Shown: one piece after another, positions 45,801 through 53,965 of the stretch
Layout: every line of letters starts with the position of its first letter
How positions within the stretch are numbered: position 1 is the first letter of the stretch
Source of the DNA: a virus
Lineage: Duplodnaviria; Caudoviricetes
DNA: 60,643 bases
Strand: one strand, 5' to 3'
IMG/VR virus record: IMGVR_UViG_3300042261_000916
Span: 1-60,643 of that record
Program-made: the position numbers and the translations under genes
The notes under the pieces: model-generated
Seen by the model: only the letters and a program-made list of their open reading frames with translations
Told to the model about the DNA's origin: nothing
Databases searched by the model: none

Positions 45801-47370
45801 TAAACATATCATTAAATAATAAATCACTAACATCCCACAAGTTTGTATCGTAAGATCTTAATATAAAATCTCTCGCAGATCTAGGAAACATAATACATTG
45901 AATTCCAATTATCTTATTCGTAATATACATCCAATCGTTTATAGTTCCATGATTATCAGATACCATTTCTCCGGTTCTTAGATTTCTATTATCTCCGAAA
46001 GACATGTATGTTATATTACGATTAATTATTTCATCGCATGATTGATATACTTTGGCTACAAACTCTTCAATTGGGACGGTCAATTTACAATCTGATTCTA
46101 ATATCATTAAAAAATCTACACCGTCTTCAAACTCAGTAAAAAAAGCTTTCTTAAAGGATTGGTAATTACCATAATGTGGACCTCTTAAAGAATAAGCTCC
46201 TATTCTACCAACGTCGTTGGGTCTTGCGCAAAATTCTCTAGGGGGTGTTTCTGCATATCTTTTATTTATATGTTGAACATAATCTATACCGAAGTCTTTA
46301 ATTCTTTCTAATTCTTTAATGGAATCTTTTTTTCTATTATCTTCTTCTAAGAGGAGATGCACAGCTCTTATTTTATATTTTTTATCTGTTTTAATTTCTC
46401 TTGGAAACAAAAAATTGCGAACTAATCCAGCATCAATTTTAATATCACCATTAAGGTAATGTATTGTATCACTTTCTATATCATATTTTCTATTATAAAC
46501 ATCTAAAGGAAACAAGAACTGCGGGATTTGGTGTTCTAGTGCTTCTTTAATAACCAAAGGATTTAATTCTTTATTCCATCGAAATCCCCTTGAAGTAAAT
46601 AAAAACAAATCACAAGCATCTAACCAATCATCAATATCATCTCTTTCGCCCCATATTTCACAATTCTTTGGTTTATTCTTTAATATTGGTTTCCAATAAT
46701 CTTGAAAGTTTTCTGCTTGATTTCCAATAAAATGAAATTTTACATTTTCTTTTAAAAGTTCTTTTGCTATTTCCATAGCATATCCTTGATTTTTTCTAGG
46801 TGTGAAAAGACCAACATTTACAACATGTTTGAATTTTGGATCCAGTTTTAATCTTTTCATTGCGGATTCTTTTATTGTCAAATCCACTGGTCTTTTTTCT
46901 ACGGGATATTCTATTACTTCAGATGGTATTCCGAATTTATTAAATTTGAAACAGTTGTATTGTGAAACAAATAAAAATTTATCTGGGAAAAATAGTTTAT
47001 TATTTACGTCGAAATCTGATGAATGTGTTGTTTCGAATATTTTATATGTTCTATCTTTTTTATAAATTTCTTTTGTTATATTAAAATCAATATCAAATAA
47101 TTCTGGCATTTCTTCAAAATGAATGAAATCCGGTTGTATTTTATTGATTATATCTAATAATTCTCTTTTATTTTCTCCTAGAGTAAAGAAATGATCTGGT
47201 TTAAGAAGTTTCTTTAGTCTGTTCTTTTGAATTACATAAGCATCAGATATATTTGAAAATTCAACTACATAAATATCCAAATCTTCATTTACCAATTCTA
47301 CTCTTTTTACAAGCACTTGTGGTGCCCCTCCCGTACTTAAATGTGGAGTTATACTTAAAAGTTTTTTCAT
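42889..47370 (-). CDS. Giant multidomain glycosyltransferase (GT4 plus additional GT-A-like domains) with C-terminal FkbM methyltransferase
   Basis: PHLSTGG.PQ, VGLFTPRKNQ, ELNPLVIKEA; LESD and SYD motifs; VIDIGSGVG.F...IEAD...KMDIEGGEY...EFH. Confidence 0.85.
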   Translation of the reverse strand: MKKLLSITPHLSTGGAPQVLVKRVELVNEDLDIYVVEFSNISDAYVIQKNRLKKLLKPDHFFTLGENKRELLDIINKIQPDFIHFEEMPELFDIDFNITKEIYKKDRTYKIFETTHSSDFDVNNKLFFPDKFLFVSQYNCFKFNKFGIPSEVIEYPVEKRPVDLTIKESAMKRLKLDPKFKHVVNVGLFTPRKNQGYAMEIAKELLKENVKFHFIGNQAENFQDYWKPILKNKPKNCEIWGERDDIDDWLDACDLFLFTSRGFRWNKELNPLVIKEALEHQIPQFLFPLDVYNRKYDIESDTIHYLNGDIKIDAGLVRNFLFPREIKTDKKYKIRAVHLLLEEDNRKKDSIKELERIKDFGIDYVQHINKRYAETPPREFCARPNDVGRIGAYSLRGPHYGNYQSFKKAFFTEFEDGVDFLMILESDCKLTVPIEEFVAKVYQSCDEIINRNITYMSFGDNRNLRTGEMVSDNHGTINDWMYITNKIIGIQCIMFPRSARDFILRSYDTNLWDVSDLLFNDMFRNKTKAIAPRLTTQIEGISTIQGEAVTHFLRKDINNLVRDKNPDDIIVEFNPEDQKFHFCLSDFYQNDISDLSITVNADDVNGIYTTETILSPYNPVWIQVYGHQKYNEFHFDIKYKGEYLFTKRLKINMTPDSESVRKELQDLMLNNKEETDEKIKRLKDEKTNIKPEDFGLDYKTSENKLYLPYFGSEKDIILDVKVKDIETRINIFTADNLIFNNSTSINWISPGSSHVQNEDFCGFAVEYSRDSEILFTRELRFKEINKIKDIVVTEIKESKNMFVILTYPDTKIKEDITEECIEAIKSSGMKTLLASHYPVNKKLQDKVDYYLYDSYNPLIEHTLYKYFWSTMQEGRVDIYLDKLQNKSKLNQSLTVLNNIENSVKFAKEAGYDNIICCSYDFIFNNNDIDTIKNLCKRIDKENKNGYFMMYSENDMKLLKSVFFIINTEFYTKIFNTETRTPEQFNAECKRLDCHNFLEYYFYKKIMPYSKDLIIEVTDETKLFKNNNKINLFSGVEYMTVLPVKDQPNSFIFWFNSSNATDDRTINLIIENRGDKDIVTAQPIFHEIKDKKSFLKKFTIGKDDDYFINVSFTDSTDKEISKQVFNVNMNNIHTIRENGLFTENSSTTKEEEVREVKVEKIEKIKVDVSYDKEENKVYLTYNGEERVPCDIWITDIDSNFPIFYTKIEFSNESRNHWIFTGEPLYDMYEQFNGYKIFIKNPNNQDVILEKDFRLRNEPPVTKTKFKFETPCLEFRNYYEAFFDDVWKELELSSKDKVVIDIGSGVGTFTAYALEKGCKNIIGIEADDKCYKSTLNTFRNNKNVSFINKAVYSESNKELEFHYLKSDNTTYAGSLINEWINKEHHDNIITKKIKTISIDDIINLYNIQNIDAIKMDIEGGEYEIFDKISDHTLSKINRILLEFHMNLDNRLDYVIDKMKRNGFNYKIYKMRSKFLNRRIIEINEGLGMGNVIFYK

Positions 47371-47455
47371 GCAATGATGGATTAGTTTTTTAATATATAT
47401 TGACACTTAATGGGCATGTTTGATTTTTTCCAATTGAATTTTAATATATAGAGTT

Positions 47456-48628
47456 ATGAGTTTCAAAAAATTTCAAATTATTAATCCTTCACAAATAAAC
47501 AGACCAGAAGACGGATACGTCTATCTTGGAAGAGATACCGTTGGTCTTTGGGAAAAATATTCAGATGGATCATTCGCATATGTTGTAACTGGAGGAACAA
47601 CAGGACATGGTACTAGCGGAACATCCGGTATAAATGGAACATCCGGTGTTAATGGAGAATTTTTTGGTTCTTCTGGCACGTCGGGTATAGCTGGAACAAG
47701 TGGCATAGCCGGAACAAGTGGAACATCAGGAAAAGACGGGGATTCTGGAACTAGTGGAACTTCAGGATCAGGAACAAGCGGAGTAAGTGGAACAAGTGGA
47801 GTAAGTGGTTCCAGTGGTAGTTCTGGTTCCAGTGGTTCTTCAGGCACTAGTGGTTTTACTGGTTCATCGGGAAGTTCTGGTGTAGATGGAATCTTTTATG
47901 GTTCGTCTGGATCTAGCGGATATAGTGGGGGATATGGAGCAGCCACAAGAAGATGGGTTGCTCAATCTTCTCCTGTGCCAAGCACATCGGGATTTTTTGG
48001 AACTTCTATTTGGGCCAGTGGGAATACATTTACTTTATTAGATAAGATTTCAATAAATAAAATAGATGCTGATGGGGGTATATTAACAAATTGGTTAGGA
48101 TTTTGGCTAACTGGAATATTGAAAATAGAAAAAAGATTAGATCCTTCTATATTTGGAATATATGAATTATCAGGTAATACTGTTTTAGCTGGCAATGTCT
48201 TTACTTTCTCTGGTTTTACTTGTAGAGCAGGTAACGGTAGTATTGAAATAGGAGAAGAATACATTATATCTTTTGTAAATACTGCCGTAGGAACAGTAAT
48301 TGTTCTAGGATCAGGTACTTCAGGGACATCTGGAACATCTTTCATATCAAGTGGAATTACATTAACTAGTGGATGCACTACAACTTCAGGAGATACTTAT
48401 CTAAGAATGGCGACTAGTGGAATGACCATAATTTTACACGAGGCTTTAGGAAATTTTAAGGATCTTACTATTAAAAATGTATCAAATGGAAATTTAACTG
48501 TAAAAAGGTTATCAACCAGTTTGATAGACGGATCTCCTGATATTGGATTAGGATCTACTTCTACAGTAGTTCTTAGAGATAGTGGAACTAATGTTTGGGA
48601 CATCATATCCTTCTTTTATGGTCTATAA
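47456..48628 (+). CDS. Gly-Thr-Ser (SGTSG) repeat putative fibre/surface protein
   Basis: About 110 aa of GTS/GSS triplets; C-terminal LTIKN...GNLTV....SLIDG. Confidence 0.75.
   Translation: MSFKKFQIINPSQINRPEDGYVYLGRDTVGLWEKYSDGSFAYVVTGGTTGHGTSGTSGINGTSGVNGEFFGSSGTSGIAGTSGIAGTSGTSGKDGDSGTSGTSGSGTSGVSGTSGVSGSSGSSGSSGSSGTSGFTGSSGSSGVDGIFYGSSGSSGYSGGYGAATRRWVAQSSPVPSTSGFFGTSIWASGNTFTLLDKISINKIDADGGILTNWLGFWLTGILKIEKRLDPSIFGIYELSGNTVLAGNVFTFSGFTCRAGNGSIEIGEEYIISFVNTAVGTVIVLGSGTSGTSGTSFISSGITLTSGCTTTSGDTYLRMATSGMTIILHEALGNFKDLTIKNVSNGNLTVKRLSTSLIDGSPDIGLGSTSTVVLRDSGTNVWDIISFFYGL
47608..47930 (+). repeat. Low-complexity 9-nt (Gly-x-Ser) coding repeat
   Basis: GGW ACW WSN triplet units with synonymous variation. 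Confidence 0.85.
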
Positions 48629-50854
48629 TTAAGCAGTTAAGTTATTATTCGATGCTATCTGTTGTTTCCCACTTACTACAATAGGATTTATATGTGTTCC
48701 TCCAAATTGACTTAAATTAATAGAAGCACTCGCTGTCTTATTCCACCCATAATCCAATGGTAATTGAAATACATTAACAATGTTTGGAACAATTTGAATA
48801 GATTGAACTTTAGCGATTTCAACTCTTTCTAATAATAATACCAAATTGCCTGTGTTTTGAGGAGTTTGATAAGCATAGTTAATTGTAACTCCTATAGCGT
48901 TTAAATTTGTTATAACAGTATTTATTTGAGCACTACTAAGTCCGGCTTTAATCCATACTACAAGATTTCTATAAGAATCTAATGTTCCCCTAGCTCCTGG
49001 TTGTAATACTGGTATTCCGTCAGCATCGAATTGAGGTGGAATAATATCATTTATGCCCCCACTTCTAGCCGAAGCTATTTGTGCTGATGATTTAGCGTCG
49101 TCTGTTGATACTCCACCTGTGTTTGATGGTGCTTCTTTTAATGCTAAATCTACACTTGTTAAACCAGTTTGAGTAGGTGTAGTAGATGTTGGGACATCCA
49201 AGAATTTAATATTTTCAAATATCTTAAATTTACCTGAATATAATAATGATGAAGTATTATTAGCGTTTAATATAATATAGAAATTATCAAATTTCTCTTT
49301 GTTTATTTGTTTAATAATAGGAATATCTTCTTGAGATACCTTAAATACTACTACTCCCAATTCAAATTTATTTTCGTCTGTTTGAAAATAAATTCCCTTT
49401 TCCACTTGTTTAGTATCAGATTTGAAAACCAAATTCAATGTTCCATTTAATAAAGGTTCACTTAGATTGTATGGTACTATAGGGGATGTAGCATTATCTT
49501 GTTTTGCTATTTGAAACTTAACTACATTATCAAATGGGGTGAGTATTATATTTAATAATCCCATTCCTTTATAATCTCCATTTGTTCCTGGATTGTAATT
49601 ACTTGCCAATATTTTATAATTATTTATAAGTATTGGAAATGGAACTTTAACCAAATTTATATTTGTTACATCATTACTTATTTGTAAATTAGAAACAACT
49701 TTATCATACTTATAATTGTAAATCTTTGGCTGTTGTAAATTATTTACTTGCAATACAGATAATGTTTTACCATATTTTAATAAATTACTTGTTAATCCTA
49801 TAGAAGCAAATCTACTGAAAGAACTACTATCTACTAAATTAACTATTTTCATTTCAACATCAATGGCTGCAGTAGTGTTAGAATATTTTATAATAGGACG
49901 ATATTCTATTTTTTGAGTGAAATTTTCTGTAACTAAATATGTTAATGGAAAACCACTTATGAAGTTTTCTTCATATAAAGTTACAACGTATTCTATGTTT
50001 ATTTGACTACCTTGATCTTCAAGAGTTTTTATAAAATTATCTATTTCTTCGTTGGAATTATTATAGACTGCATATATTTCAAAGAAATCTCCTTGTGTTG
50101 ATTCTTCAATCATAACTCCTAGGGTTTGATATTCTGGTTGAGTTGTAATTGTAGTTCTATATGTATCTCCCATATAAAAATATGGAATTCCAAAGATAGT
50201 TTGTTTAGATGTTATAAAAGAAAATTCAATGTATATTGGAGTATTCATATTCAATCCAATACCGTTTGTTAAATGATCGTTAACACTATCTGGTTCTACT
50301 ATATTTGTATTTGGATTTATTAATCTTTGATTTGATGTAGCATAAACACTAGGAATATTAAATGTTATATATTTGCCCCACTCTTTTTGATTGTAAATAA
50401 ATGGTGTTCCTAGATTCATTAATGTATCTTCAAATATAAGATTACCTCCTGAAGATTGTACTTGTGATTTATCGTAGTAGAAGTTACATAATGGATATAA
50501 TGATTTACCATTATAGTCGTATGCTGATATTTTAAGATAGAAACCATAGTAAGTAGCGAAATTATAATTAGTAGGAAAAAATAAAGTAATTTTATCATAA
50601 AGCATTGGTGCTGTATAATAATTCTGTAATTTAATAAAATTGAATTTAGTTGGATCTACTTTTGAGTATTTTTTAGATGTTGCATCTATTACAAATAAAT
50701 TATTATCAATATTATTAATATTTGTAGTTGATAAAAAATTTCTAGTATTCTTAGTAAGATCTGACCAAATAGTATAATTTTCTGTTATATTTTCGCTACT
50801 ATAATCCCATTCTAAAAGAACATTTGGGTCTAAATTTAGATATTTTGATGCCAT
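48629..50854 (-). CDS. Putative virion structural protein
   Basis: 741 aa, N/T/Y-rich, preceded by TTAATATATA. Confidence 0.6.
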   Translation of the reverse strand: MASKYLNLDPNVLLEWDYSSENITENYTIWSDLTKNTRNFLSTTNINNIDNNLFVIDATSKKYSKVDPTKFNFIKLQNYYTAPMLYDKITLFFPTNYNFATYYGFYLKISAYDYNGKSLYPLCNFYYDKSQVQSSGGNLIFEDTLMNLGTPFIYNQKEWGKYITFNIPSVYATSNQRLINPNTNIVEPDSVNDHLTNGIGLNMNTPIYIEFSFITSKQTIFGIPYFYMGDTYRTTITTQPEYQTLGVMIEESTQGDFFEIYAVYNNSNEEIDNFIKTLEDQGSQINIEYVVTLYEENFISGFPLTYLVTENFTQKIEYRPIIKYSNTTAAIDVEMKIVNLVDSSSFSRFASIGLTSNLLKYGKTLSVLQVNNLQQPKIYNYKYDKVVSNLQISNDVTNINLVKVPFPILINNYKILASNYNPGTNGDYKGMGLLNIILTPFDNVVKFQIAKQDNATSPIVPYNLSEPLLNGTLNLVFKSDTKQVEKGIYFQTDENKFELGVVVFKVSQEDIPIIKQINKEKFDNFYIILNANNTSSLLYSGKFKIFENIKFLDVPTSTTPTQTGLTSVDLALKEAPSNTGGVSTDDAKSSAQIASARSGGINDIIPPQFDADGIPVLQPGARGTLDSYRNLVVWIKAGLSSAQINTVITNLNAIGVTINYAYQTPQNTGNLVLLLERVEIAKVQSIQIVPNIVNVFQLPLDYGWNKTASASINLSQFGGTHINPIVVSGKQQIASNNNLTA

Positions 50855-50904
50855 TTTATATGATTTCTTTTTCGTTATATATTAAAAACGACATCACACA
50901 AAAT

Positions 50905-50932
50905 AAAAAACCCCTCATAAAAAATGAAGGGT
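50905..50932 (-). terminator. Rho-independent terminator
   Basis: Minus strand ACCCTTCAT-ttttt-ATGAGGGGT followed by a T run. Confidence 0.75.
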
Positions 50933-50941
50933 CTTTTATTT

Positions 50942-51940
50942 TTACCTACGACCACCGCCGCCACCGTGACTTCCTCCTCCGCCTCCGCCACTTCTCATTC
51001 CTCCGCCACCACCGAAACCACCGGCAGATCTACCAGGCGATGATGAAGGAACAGGACTTCTCATTGGAGTTGAAGAATTAACCCTATTGCCTCTACTTGT
51101 ATTTGTTCTTTGTGCTCCACCATTATAATTTCCATTATTACTTGGACTTCTATAATTCTGTGGAGATGGAGAACTACTTTGTCTAGTATTCTGTTGAGAT
51201 GGTGAATTATATCCCCTATTAGTAGGTGCAGTGCTTCTTGGTGGAGTATAATATCTATTATTATTTATATATTCTCTACTACTCTTTGCTTCACGATAAG
51301 CAGGATAAGAATAACTTTGAACACTTCTTTGATATTTAGGTTGAACTTGAGTTCTAGTATTTGCTACTCTTGAATTCACTCTCTGTTGAACTGATCTACT
51401 ATTTCTATATAAACTATTTGTATTTGAATTATACAAAGCGGGATTCCTTTTACCATAGTAGTATCCATTATGCCCGTTATGCCAACCGTCATGACCATTA
51501 TGCCATCCATGTCCATGATGCCAATAATCGTGATGGTAATGTCCGTAATACGGATACCCCCAACCATAACCATAGTATGAATATGGATTATACCATCCCC
51601 AACAATAGTAGTAATATGGTGTATAATAAAAATAAGGATTATACCATCCCCAATTGTAATATCCATAATAGTAAGGACTATAAATGGAAACATAATAAGG
51701 ACTTGGATCCAATATGTTTACATAAAATGTTGTTTTAGAATCGTATGATGTTCCATATCCTAAAGATTCATCATAATACATTGTTGTATCTTTAGGGGTT
51801 GTTGTGTCTTGAACGATTTCTTTATTTTGTGTATAAACATCGTCCGTGTAATAAGACTGACTTCTCACAATGCTCTTTGTTGAAGAACAACTTGAAAGAA
51901 TTAACATAGCCGAAGCTAAGAATAAAAAAATCTTTTTCAT
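50942..51940 (-). CDS. Bacteroidota-type lipoprotein with Tyr/Trp/His-rich core and Arg/Ser/Gly-rich tail
   Basis: MKK-hydrophobic-LSSC lipobox; YYTDDVY; GWYNPY repeats; GGGGGRR end. Confidence 0.8.
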   Translation of the reverse strand: MKKIFLFLASAMLILSSCSSTKSIVRSQSYYTDDVYTQNKEIVQDTTTPKDTTMYYDESLGYGTSYDSKTTFYVNILDPSPYYVSIYSPYYYGYYNWGWYNPYFYYTPYYYYCWGWYNPYSYYGYGWGYPYYGHYHHDYWHHGHGWHNGHDGWHNGHNGYYYGKRNPALYNSNTNSLYRNSRSVQQRVNSRVANTRTQVQPKYQRSVQSYSYPAYREAKSSREYINNNRYYTPPRSTAPTNRGYNSPSQQNTRQSSSPSPQNYRSPSNNGNYNGGAQRTNTSRGNRVNSSTPMRSPVPSSSPGRSAGGFGGGGGMRSGGGGGGSHGGGGGRR

Positions 51941-51971
51941 GGGTTTTCTTTTATTTATAATATAACAATTA

Positions 51972-52595
51972 TTATGCCGGTTTTAGTTCGTTTGTGACTA
52001 TTTTTTTATACATCCAATGATCATCCGAAGTAACATGCCCTTCCCTGACCCACTTAGCCACACATCTATCAAAATCTTCAAAAGGAAAAGCATCAGCGAC
52101 TCTAACAACAAATCCTTCTTGAATATCAGTATTTACCTTAAAATTTTCTATAAATTCTTTATTATAAATTCCTCTCCAAAGAACTGGGACAGTGTCTAAT
52201 CCTAAGAAATCGCAAAAAGTAACAGTATCGTCCCAAGACAAACAAATATCATTCTCGTCCCAAATAGAGAATACCATAAAATAAGAAGAAAGGTTTTTAT
52301 AATGTAAGGAGTGTTTAGCATACAAATTTTCTCCACAAATTTTCCAACCTGTAGGAATTTCGTATTTCATACTTCCCCATAAACCTTTAACCCAATGACG
52401 TGATGGATGATCTCCACTATCTAATGAACGTGCGTGGATGCAATCATTCATCATTGTGCACGACTCCCCGTCCATTTTCTCGCTAACGACAATCTCTTTC
52501 CCTTCGAAGAAAGATATGTCTGAATGTATTTTGTCGTCACTTGTGGCTCCTGGACTAAAAGGAACATGAAACGTTCTAGGATATTTTCTTTTCAT
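51972..52595 (-). CDS. RNA ligase family protein (Rnl2-like nucleotidyltransferase domain)
   Basis: KYPRT.H.P.SPG...DD, EKMDG, GENLYAKHS, EGFVVR, AKWVR. Confidence 0.9.
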   Translation of the reverse strand: MKRKYPRTFHVPFSPGATSDDKIHSDISFFEGKEIVVSEKMDGESCTMMNDCIHARSLDSGDHPSRHWVKGLWGSMKYEIPTGWKICGENLYAKHSLHYKNLSSYFMVFSIWDENDICLSWDDTVTFCDFLGLDTVPVLWRGIYNKEFIENFKVNTDIQEGFVVRVADAFPFEDFDRCVAKWVREGHVTSDDHWMYKKIVTNELKPA

Positions 52596-52862
52596 TTTCT
52601 TTTATTTTATTTATGATAAAATCTAATATATTATTTTTATTCTCTTTTATTTCTTTCTCCCAAATATATATTATTTTGTAACCTTTGCTTTCTGCTAAAA
52701 TTTTTTTATTATAATCTTTTTCCCATAAATCTTTGGCTATTACACTTTTAAATGGGTGTGGAAGAATGTCATTAGCTTTATAAAATAAGTGGATTAGCGT
52801 GCCAAAAATCACCATTAACTTCTATTAATATATTAGTATTCGTTATTTTTATATCGCAAATT
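52576..52862 (-). pseudogene. Frameshifted Vsr/DUF559-like endonuclease remnant
   Basis: CDIKITNTNILIEVNGDFWHANP in one frame, then YKANDIL..PF...A.DLWEKD..K..LAESKGY..IYIWE in another. Confidence 0.75.
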
Positions 52863-52892
52863 TACGTCATTTTAGACTAATAAAAAAATAAA

Positions 52893-53816
52893 CTATTTAA
52901 TTAAGATAGACTTGATTAATTCCATCATTCCTATATCATCTAAATCTTTTATATCAGATTCCCAAATGTAAAATACAGAATATCCATATGATTCGGCTAT
53001 TTTTCTTTTAGAAAGATCTCTTTCCCATATGGTTTTGGCTTTAACTTTTTTAAAAGGAAATTTCAATTTATCATTTTCTTTATAAATAGAAGGATTAGCG
53101 TGCCATATATCACTATTTACATCTATAAGAATATTGTTCATTTTTATATCAAATGGCTTTCTTCCAACTAGAAATCTTTTTGTATATGTCATATTTAGTT
53201 TATCAAGACATCCAGTTACTTTAGATTCCAATGAAGAATAAATCTTATCCATTAGATAATCTTTTTGTTCGTCAGATAATTCTAACCAATATTTGTAACA
53301 AATCTTATATAAGTTTCTTAGATCTTTTTTAACATTATCATCTATTTCATTACTAGATAGATTTATTGGGTCAGATAATATAAGATCTCTCAGACGTATA
53401 AAATTGTCTATGTTTTCTTTTATGTTGAATTTTCTGCGTGTTTTCTTGTCTTTTATTACTTGAAGTTTTGATATGTTATCAACACCATATTTATTAAGAC
53501 AAGTTCTTTTATACTTTGTTATTGAAATTTCTTTAGAACTAGACTTCATAGTTCTCTTCTTTATATTGAAGTGATCTAGTAAGAATATTATATTCTTATA
53601 ACTAATCTTATAATCTCTCTTAATATCAGGCAAACTCTTAAGTTTTACCACATATTCATCAAATAAGTTATTCTTGTTGCTTATTATTGGAAAGTTGTAA
53701 GATAAGTATTCGAATTTTATACCTTCTTTAGTCCATACTTTCATGTTTTTCTTACATCTATAAATATGGCGTCCATCATATCGATTAATCCTATTTTTAC
53801 AAAAAGGGCAATGCAT
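52893..53816 (-). CDS. Vsr/DUF559-like (PD-D/ExK) putative homing endonuclease
   Basis: KRTCLNKYGVDN, SSLE, FDI....ILIDVNSDIWHANP, IWERD..K..IAESYGY.V..IWESD. Confidence 0.8.
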   Translation of the reverse strand: MHCPFCKNRINRYDGRHIYRCKKNMKVWTKEGIKFEYLSYNFPIISNKNNLFDEYVVKLKSLPDIKRDYKISYKNIIFLLDHFNIKKRTMKSSSKEISITKYKRTCLNKYGVDNISKLQVIKDKKTRRKFNIKENIDNFIRLRDLILSDPINLSSNEIDDNVKKDLRNLYKICYKYWLELSDEQKDYLMDKIYSSLESKVTGCLDKLNMTYTKRFLVGRKPFDIKMNNILIDVNSDIWHANPSIYKENDKLKFPFKKVKAKTIWERDLSKRKIAESYGYSVFYIWESDIKDLDDIGMMELIKSILIK

Positions 53817-53965
53817 ATCGACTAGTATATATAAATAGTAAGAAGTTGGATTACTTCCTATTTTTCAGTAAGAAAAACATCGAAAAATGAGAAATTTAAT
53901 AATATATATAGTATTAAACGTATAAATAATATGTTTCTTACATATTAAAAAATAATTTAAAAAAC

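Noticed and set aside
47521-48606. Minus-strand ORFs 47521..47847, 47962..48378 and 48397..48606
   Set aside because: Antisense shadows of the Gly/Ser/Thr repeat gene; the PLVP/PEVP pattern is the reverse complement of GGW-ACW-WSN codons.
51361-51738. Alternative ORFs within the lipoprotein gene
   Set aside because: By-products of low-complexity Tyr/Gly/His codons.
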